DNA of 64,000 bases, from positions 608,001 through 672,000 of the forward strand of contig BK006943.2 in NCBI GenBank assembly GCA_000146045.2. The letters run 5' to 3'. Positions 57,218-64,000 of this stretch are shown piece by piece (position 1 is the first letter of the stretch; the number at the start of each line of letters is the position of its first letter). The notes below the pieces were generated by a model. It had not been told where the DNA came from. It searched no databases and was given only the letters and a program-made list of their open reading frames with translations. The position numbers and the translations under genes were made by a program. The DNA is from TPA_inf: Saccharomyces. Its lineage: Eukaryota.

Positions 57218-59137
57218 TTATTCCCCTAAAGCTTTCTCAATGGCACGCTGAAAAACATTGCATAAAACGTCGCTATTTTCCAAACCGACGCTCACTCTTA
57301 CAAGATTTGTTTCGACACCATATTGAGCTACCTCGTCTAATTCCTGGTAGTGGGCAATAATAGCATATGGACACGCCAAAGTGAAATTCGTACCGAGAGA
57401 AGGTCCTTTGCACAATTCCAGATTATTGAAAAACTTCTTTGCCTCTTCAATATTGAAAAAAGTTAGTGAAAATAAACCTCCATACCCACCATCTTTTGTA
57501 GACATAACGCTGTCATAATTCCGCTTGGTATCCTCTGATGTTAAACTGGGGTAATATATTTTCTTGAACAATTTTCCCACCTGAGGCAATAACACCCTTT
57601 TTAACAATATATCAGTGTTTGTATTCACCTTGATTGTACGTTCCACGAAGTCTCTCGAATTTCTTTCCAGGCATAACGCATCTTCGCACCATAGGCAATC
57701 TTCATATCCGTCTTCAGTCTTCATAAATTTTCTAGCAAACTCATAAATCTTTCCTCTAGGATTTAGTACTAAGGATCCTGCAATAACGTTCGAGTCGCCG
57801 CTGAAGATTTTCGTTAGCGAACTACAAACAATATCGGCATACGGTAATACATCTATATTGACAAAGCCACCCACAGTTTCATCGACCACTATGTAAAATG
57901 AATACAAGTCTGATAGCCTTTTCAGTTCTTGTAAATCTCCCATTTTCAACAGTGGGTTCGATGGAGCTTCTATAAATACCGCCAGTATTTGCTCACCAGA
58001 ATGTAAAATATTTTTCAGAGCGTTCATTGACGTTGAATCTCCCTGTCCCAAGAAATGTGTGTGATTGAACTTCCGAAGAATGCTCAGAGTATCTGTATAT
58101 GGGAATCCAAACATGACGGTCTTCTTGAACGGAGGTCCATATCCAATCAACTTATCTTGTCTACTAGAAGACCTTGATAAGCGCTTGGCATCGAAGTTTA
58201 AAAGCAGCCTGTGGGCAGTGAAAATGGACGCCATTCCACTTGGAAATAAGTAAACATCCGTATTAGGGTTGACATGAAACTTCAAGTCATCGGTAGCTGT
58301 GTTTTCAAAAGTACTGTTTGAGCCACTTTCTCCCATAGAAGTAATTGTTTCGGCAGGTATGTCCGAATTCAACTGATCATCATCCAGAGCCTCTCCACTG
58401 CCAACATTGAATGGACCGTTGCTCTCGTTATAGTGTTCAAAAGAGAATAGGTCCGATAGACCTTCAGAGTCAATTTTTTCAACAACTTTTGTGGCAATCC
58501 TCTTTCGTATTAGATATTTGGCTTTATCAGCAGCAAGAAAATTTAAATTTCTCCCAAATCTCGTTTCTATATATTCTTCGTTCACTCTGTTTTCATCTTC
58601 GGTCATAAATTTTTTACCGTTATCCACTGTTTCCATCTTCTTAAGATTATCCTTGACTTGTAATTCATGTAAAATATACTCCGCCATTCTGCTAGATACA
58701 ATCTCACCAGAATGTTGCCAATACTGCTTCATCACGGGGAATATTTCCTGGTCTACAAACACCACCGTGATTTTACATTCCCTTCTCCAGAGCTTTTCCT
58801 CTTGGTTCATAGGTTTAGGTGTACATAGTTGTAAGATGCGTACTTTGGTAGAAAGACCCGTTTTCACTTTGATAAACTCTCTGCACCTATTGGCAACCTT
58901 GTAAGAGGGGAAGCAAAGACAAGCTTCATCTTCCATGGAGTACTTAGCGGATAAAATTTCACATAATTTCTTTATTGACTTGTGTATGAAAAATCTTGGA
59001 TATCCGGTAGTAAGCGAGTTAATTATACTGCTTTCACCCTCTTCATAGCCTACTGTAGCTTCCCATGTGGGCAAACACACGGAAACAGCATGTTTTGTGT
59101 TGGGCGGAATAGATTCACCAATGGTTCTAGATATCAT
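57218..59137 (-). CDS. STR2: Cystathionine gamma-synthase-like PLP-dependent enzyme (Cys/Met metabolism family)
   Basis: 639 aa starting at ATG. The C-terminal half has a PLP-dependent transferase fold with lysine context SLTKIFSGDSN. Confidence 0.85.
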   Translation of the reverse strand: MISRTIGESIPPNTKHAVSVCLPTWEATVGYEEGESSIINSLTTGYPRFFIHKSIKKLCEILSAKYSMEDEACLCFPSYKVANRCREFIKVKTGLSTKVRILQLCTPKPMNQEEKLWRRECKITVVFVDQEIFPVMKQYWQHSGEIVSSRMAEYILHELQVKDNLKKMETVDNGKKFMTEDENRVNEEYIETRFGRNLNFLAADKAKYLIRKRIATKVVEKIDSEGLSDLFSFEHYNESNGPFNVGSGEALDDDQLNSDIPAETITSMGESGSNSTFENTATDDLKFHVNPNTDVYLFPSGMASIFTAHRLLLNFDAKRLSRSSSRQDKLIGYGPPFKKTVMFGFPYTDTLSILRKFNHTHFLGQGDSTSMNALKNILHSGEQILAVFIEAPSNPLLKMGDLQELKRLSDLYSFYIVVDETVGGFVNIDVLPYADIVCSSLTKIFSGDSNVIAGSLVLNPRGKIYEFARKFMKTEDGYEDCLWCEDALCLERNSRDFVERTIKVNTNTDILLKRVLLPQVGKLFKKIYYPSLTSEDTKRNYDSVMSTKDGGYGGLFSLTFFNIEEAKKFFNNLELCKGPSLGTNFTLACPYAIIAHYQELDEVAQYGVETNLVRVSVGLENSDVLCNVFQRAIEKALGE

Positions 59138-59643
59138 TTTTTCTTCTGTTCCTCTTCTCTCTCTTGTTTATGTAGGTCCCGAATCGGCACATGAGCGTCA
59201 TTCTACTATCGTTATATATATGGGTATATATATATATATATATCCAAAATATATGACTAATTTTTAGACCGAGATATTGTGAAGTGCAGAGGCGCTATCA
59301 TGATTTTTGTTTTTTACATCCACGCATGAAGATAAGTCATATTTACTAGGTTTGAAGGGTTTTACCTGAACAACACTGGCAATCATTGAAGTTAATTGAG
59401 TTCTTAAACCGCAAGATATTTTAATATGAATACTGCTATTTTTAAATAAGACTGTAGCAAAATGTGGGGTTAAACTTTTACAAATTCACTTTGGTTGTAA
59501 CGCATTTTCTGTGGAAGAGCAATTATTTGGAATTTTCAGTTTCGCCAAACGAAAGAATGAAAGAAATGTGCTTTGCCAAGAAACGAAAGACGACAGAAAA
59601 AGGTAGTAAAAGAGGAAAAGGTTAAACATTGAAAAAGGATTCT

Positions 59644-61293
59644 ATGAAGAACTCTGTCGGTATTTCAATTGCAACCATTGTTGCTATCATAGCAGCTATA
59701 TACTATGTGCCATGGTACGAACACTTTGAGAGAAAGTCACCGGGGGCCGGAGAAATGAGAGATCGGATTGAAAGCATGTTCTTGGAATCGTGGAGAGACT
59801 ATTCCAAGCATGGCTGGGGATACGATGTGTATGGACCTATTGAGCACACTTCCCATAATATGCCTCGTGGCAACCAGCCGTTAGGCTGGATTATCGTAGA
59901 TTCAGTGGATACCTTGATGTTAATGTATAACTCCTCCACACTATACAAAAGTGAGTTCGAGGCAGAAATTCAGAGATCGGAGCATTGGATAAACGATGTT
60001 TTGGATTTTGATATTGATGCCGAAGTGAATGTTTTTGAAACTACTATTAGAATGCTAGGTGGTTTATTATCCGCATATCATCTATCTGATGTTTTAGAAG
60101 TAGGTAATAAGACTGTCTACTTGAACAAAGCAATAGATTTGGGGGATAGGCTTGCTTTGGCGTTCTTATCCACTCAGACCGGAATTCCATACTCAAGTAT
60201 AAACCTTCATAGTGGCCAAGCGGTTAAGAACCATGCAGATGGGGGGGCATCTTCTACCGCAGAATTCACTACGCTACAAATGGAATTCAAATATCTGGCG
60301 TATTTGACAGGAAATCGTACTTATTGGGAGCTGGTGGAGCGTGTTTACGAGCCATTATACAAAAATAACGATCTTCTAAATACCTACGATGGATTGGTTC
60401 CAATTTATACATTTCCAGATACTGGGAAGTTTGGTGCTTCGACTATCCGGTTCGGATCAAGAGGTGATTCTTTTTATGAGTATTTACTAAAACAATATTT
60501 ATTGACGCACGAAACACTTTATTATGATCTGTACAGAAAATCCATGGAAGGTATGAAAAAGCATTTATTAGCACAATCCAAACCCTCTTCTCTGTGGTAC
60601 ATTGGGGAAAGAGAACAAGGTCTACATGGACAACTTTCTCCTAAGATGGACCACCTCGTGTGCTTTATGGGGGGATTGTTAGCATCAGGCTCTACTGAGG
60701 GCCTTTCTATTCATGAAGCCCGAAGACGTCCGTTTTTCTCTCTTTCCCTTGAAAGAAAAAGTGACTGGGATTTGGCTAAAGGGATAACTGACACATGTTA
60801 TCAAATGTACAAGCAGTCTTCCTCGGGGCTTGCGCCTGAAATCGTTGTCTTCAATGATGGAAACATAAAACAGGATGGTTGGTGGCGGTCGTCTGTGGGT
60901 GATTTTTTTGTTAAACCACTCGATAGGCACAACCTACAAAGACCAGAAACGGTGGAATCGATTATGTTCATGTATCATTTATCTCATGATCACAAATATC
61001 GTGAATGGGGGGCGGAAATCGCAACTAGCTTCTTTGAAAATACCTGTGTTGATTGTAATGACCCAAAATTAAGGCGGTTCACCAGTTTAAGTGATTGTAT
61101 CACGTTACCTACAAAGAAATCTAACAATATGGAAAGTTTCTGGTTGGCAGAGACTTTAAAGTATTTATATATATTGTTTTTAGACGAGTTTGATTTGACC
61201 AAAGTTGTTTTCAACACAGAAGCTCATCCTTTTCCAGTATTAGACGAAGAAATATTAAAATCGCAGTCTCTGACCACAGGTTGGTCGTTGTAG
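59644..61293 (+). CDS. MNS1: ER alpha-1,2-mannosidase (glycoside hydrolase family 47)
   Basis: The track ORF starts at a TTG at 59629; the ATG at 59644 gives 549 aa (MKNSVGISIATIVAIIAAIYY..., an N-terminal signal anchor). A GH47 catalytic domain is recognisable. Confidence 0.9.
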   Translation: MKNSVGISIATIVAIIAAIYYVPWYEHFERKSPGAGEMRDRIESMFLESWRDYSKHGWGYDVYGPIEHTSHNMPRGNQPLGWIIVDSVDTLMLMYNSSTLYKSEFEAEIQRSEHWINDVLDFDIDAEVNVFETTIRMLGGLLSAYHLSDVLEVGNKTVYLNKAIDLGDRLALAFLSTQTGIPYSSINLHSGQAVKNHADGGASSTAEFTTLQMEFKYLAYLTGNRTYWELVERVYEPLYKNNDLLNTYDGLVPIYTFPDTGKFGASTIRFGSRGDSFYEYLLKQYLLTHETLYYDLYRKSMEGMKKHLLAQSKPSSLWYIGEREQGLHGQLSPKMDHLVCFMGGLLASGSTEGLSIHEARRRPFFSLSLERKSDWDLAKGITDTCYQMYKQSSSGLAPEIVVFNDGNIKQDGWWRSSVGDFFVKPLDRHNLQRPETVESIMFMYHLSHDHKYREWGAEIATSFFENTCVDCNDPKLRRFTSLSDCITLPTKKSNNMESFWLAETLKYLYILFLDEFDLTKVVFNTEAHPFPVLDEEILKSQSLTTGWSL

Positions 61294-61521
61294 GTTAGTG
61301 TGCTATATAGTGGCCAGATTCGCCTTTTAAAATTCACTATGCGGTGTGATGATGTGCTATACCATTTTTTCCATGTTTAGGAAAATGAAAAATTTGCAAT
61401 GCTTACTTCAGCAAAAAAGTATATTTGAATCAATATTCATTTATATATTTCAGCATAATCAATCATTTTTCGTCTGGATATTTGACACAATTTTGATTTT
61501 GACGAAGACATTTTATTCTCG

Positions 61522-64000
61522 ATGGATATTACAGAATTGTTACAGTGCTTTGCCTGTACTTTGGACCATAACGCTGCCGTAAGAACTAATGCAGAAACAC
61601 ATCTTAAAAATGCAAGTAAAGTACCGGGATTCTTAGGCGCATGCCTGGATATCATTGCTGCTGATGAAGTACCAGAAAACATCAAATTATCAGCTTCCTT
61701 ATATTTCAAGAATAAGATTACATACGGATGGTCTGCTGGTGCAAGACAGGGTTCAAATGAATTATTAGATTCACATGTTGATCCGGATGAAAAACCAGTA
61801 GTAAAAGATATGTTAATTAAAACAATGGTCAGTGTGTCCAAGACCTCCCCGCGTTGTATCAGAGTGCTAAAATCTGCCCTTACTGTAATTATTTCAGAAG
61901 ATTACCCTAGCAAAAAATGGGGCAATTTGTTACCAAATTCCTTAGAATTACTCGCAAATGAAGACATCACAGTAACATATGTCGGACTTCTGTGTCTTGC
62001 TGAGATTTTTAGGACCTATAGGTGGAAGAATAATGATGAAAGACAGGACTTAGAAGAGTTGATTTTAAATTATTTCCCTGCTTTATTAAACTATGGCGCA
62101 AATGTCCTTTTCCAAGATGGTAAATATATGAATAACGAGCAAATTGGCGAATTGGTAAAATTAATCATTAAAATTTATAAGTTCGTTTCATACCATGACC
62201 TACCATTTACATTACAACGCTCAGAATCGTTTACCCCATGGGCATGTTTTTTTGTCAGCATCATTCAGCAGCCATTGCCTCAGGAAGTTTTGGCTATATC
62301 AGATATTGAGGTCAGAAGTAAAAATCCATGGGTCAAATGTAAGAAATGGGCTCTTGCAAACCTTTATAGACTTTTCCAGAGATACGCATCAACGTCATTA
62401 ACAAGGAAGTTTCAGTACGATGAGTTTAAACAGATGTACTGTGAAGAGTTTTTGACTCAGTTTTTGCAAGTCGTCTTCGATCAAATCGAGAAATGGGGAA
62501 CTGGACAGTTGTGGTTAAGTGACGAATGCTTATACTACATATTGAACTTTGTTGAGCAGTGTGTTGTGCAGAAAACAACTTGGAAACTTGTTGGGCCCCA
62601 CTACAATGTAATACTTCAACATGTCATTTTCCCACTACTAAAGCCCACTGCAGAGACTTTGGAGGCCTTTGACAATGACCCTCAAGAATATATCAACCGG
62701 AATATGGACTTTTGGGATGTCGGCTATTCCCCAGATCTTGCCGCACTGGCTTTGCTAACGACATGCGTGACGAAACGCGGTAAAACGACCTTACAACCGA
62801 CCTTAGAATTTATGGTCTCAACCTTACAAAGTGCCGTTGGTGATTACAACAATATTATGTTGGATAATGCCTTGCAAATTGAGTCCTGTTTGAGAATATT
62901 CTCCAGCATTATTGACCGTTTGATAACTAAAGATTCTCCATTTGCCAGTGAGATGGAAAAGTTTATATTGACATACGTTTTACCTTTTTTTAAGTCTCAG
63001 TATGGGTTTCTGCAAAGTCGTGTTTGCGATATTTGTTCGAAGTTGGGTTCTATGGATTTCAAAGACCCGGTAATAACCTCTACTATCTACGAAGGTGTTA
63101 TGAATTGTCTGAATAACTCTTCTAATTCTTTACCTGTAGAATTGACAGCTGCATTGGCATTGCAAACTTTTATCAGTGATGACCAGTTTAATATGAAGTT
63201 ATCCGAACACGTTGTTCCTACTATGCAGAAATTACTAAGTTTGTCTAATGATTTTGAATCTGATGTCATTTCAGGCGTTATGCAAGATTTTGTGGAGCAG
63301 TTTGCTGAGCAATTACAACCTTTTGGTGTTGAATTAATGAACACTTTGGTCCAACAGTTTTTGAAATTAGCTATTGATCTGCATGAAACATCCAATTTGG
63401 ATCCAGATTCCTTCACGAACGTTGATAGCATACCCGATGAATCTGACAAGCAAATGGCGGCGCTAGGTATTTTGTCGACTACGATATCTATTCTGTTGTC
63501 TTTTGAGAATTCACCTGAAATTTTAAAAAACTTGGAACAGTCATTTTATCCAGCTGCAGAGTTTATTTTGAAAAACGACATCGAAGATTTCTATCGCGAA
63601 TGTTGCGAATTTGTAGAGAACTCTACATTCCTACTAAGAGATATCACACCCATCAGCTGGAAAATTTTGGAGCTGATTGGAGAATGTAATAGAAAACCAG
63701 ATAGTATGGTATCTTATTATTTAAGTGATTTCATGCTAGCCTTAAATAATATCCTCATTTATGGAAGGAACGAATTAAAGAAGAACGAGTTTTACACAAA
63801 AATCATATTCGAAATATATCAAAAGGCTGTTACTGCAGAAGATAATTCGTTAGACGATCTTAGAGTGGTTTTTGATTTATCCCAAGAGTTGGTTCTTGCA
63901 TTAGATGACAGTTTACCTCAACAATACAGAGAGCGCCTACTGGCGGATGTTGTCGGCTCTATTCTAACGCAAAAGAATGAATTGAAAACTAATGTTGTAT
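61522..64000 (+). CDS. NMD5: Importin-beta family karyopherin, 5' partial (the first approx. 826 codons; the ORF continues beyond the window)
   Basis: It is absent from the ORF track because no stop falls in the window. My own translation from the ATG at 61522 reads MDITELLQCFACTLDHNAAVRTNAETHLKNASKVPGFLGACLDIIAADEVPENIKLSASLYFKNKITYGW..., an importin N-terminal domain. The frame stays open to position 64000. Confidence 0.85.
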   Translation, partial: MDITELLQCFACTLDHNAAVRTNAETHLKNASKVPGFLGACLDIIAADEVPENIKLSASLYFKNKITYGWSAGARQGSNELLDSHVDPDEKPVVKDMLIKTMVSVSKTSPRCIRVLKSALTVIISEDYPSKKWGNLLPNSLELLANEDITVTYVGLLCLAEIFRTYRWKNNDERQDLEELILNYFPALLNYGANVLFQDGKYMNNEQIGELVKLIIKIYKFVSYHDLPFTLQRSESFTPWACFFVSIIQQPLPQEVLAISDIEVRSKNPWVKCKKWALANLYRLFQRYASTSLTRKFQYDEFKQMYCEEFLTQFLQVVFDQIEKWGTGQLWLSDECLYYILNFVEQCVVQKTTWKLVGPHYNVILQHVIFPLLKPTAETLEAFDNDPQEYINRNMDFWDVGYSPDLAALALLTTCVTKRGKTTLQPTLEFMVSTLQSAVGDYNNIMLDNALQIESCLRIFSSIIDRLITKDSPFASEMEKFILTYVLPFFKSQYGFLQSRVCDICSKLGSMDFKDPVITSTIYEGVMNCLNNSSNSLPVELTAALALQTFISDDQFNMKLSEHVVPTMQKLLSLSNDFESDVISGVMQDFVEQFAEQLQPFGVELMNTLVQQFLKLAIDLHETSNLDPDSFTNVDSIPDESDKQMAALGILSTTISILLSFENSPEILKNLEQSFYPAAEFILKNDIEDFYRECCEFVENSTFLLRDITPISWKILELIGECNRKPDSMVSYYLSDFMLALNNILIYGRNELKKNEFYTKIIFEIYQKAVTAEDNSLDDLRVVFDLSQELVLALDDSLPQQYRERLLADVVGSILTQKNELKTNVV

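Overview
This window reads as a gene-dense stretch of the Saccharomyces cerevisiae nuclear genome, most likely the chromosome X right arm from YJR094W-A (RPL43B) through the 5' part of YJR132W (NMD5). The assignment rests on recognising the translated ORFs from memory: RPL43, SFC1, an aldo-keto reductase, JJJ3/DPH4, YUH1, AIM25, RSM26, VPS25, URA8, SOD1, ADO1, ECM27, CPA2, YMR1, PXP2, NNF1, RSM7, TDA4, STE24, ILM1, JHD2, ATP2, IBA57, RPS5, ENT3, VPS70, RSF2, EFM3, STR2 and MNS1. One intron-containing tRNA-Leu(UAG) gene lies among them. The sequence is typically eukaryotic: AT-rich intergenic regions, spliceosomal introns with GTATG.../TACTAAC/YAG signals, and a Pol III tRNA with an intron and an oligo-T terminator. 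I find no CRISPR arrays, operons, transposons or prokaryotic defence or biosynthetic systems. I do not see a previously undescribed system here. The most unusual items are a GC-rich tract with a perfect 10-bp-stem palindrome and long homopolymer and dinucleotide runs in the RSM7-YJR115W intergenic region (the (AC)19 run lies inside the annotated start of YJR115W), two micro-exon or ambiguous introns (RPL43B, YJR112W-A), a small ORF (YJR120W) embedded in the ATP2 promoter next to CCAAT and ABF1-like motifs, and a long importin ORF (NMD5) that runs off the window end and is therefore missing from the ORF track. The supplied ORF track uses TTG/GTG as alternative starts translated as M, so several CDS starts were moved to the first in-frame ATG. 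Coordinates I derived by hand (tRNA, introns, motifs) may be off by 1-2 nt; my hand counts disagreed with the track by 1 nt for the ATP2 and YJR112W-A starts.
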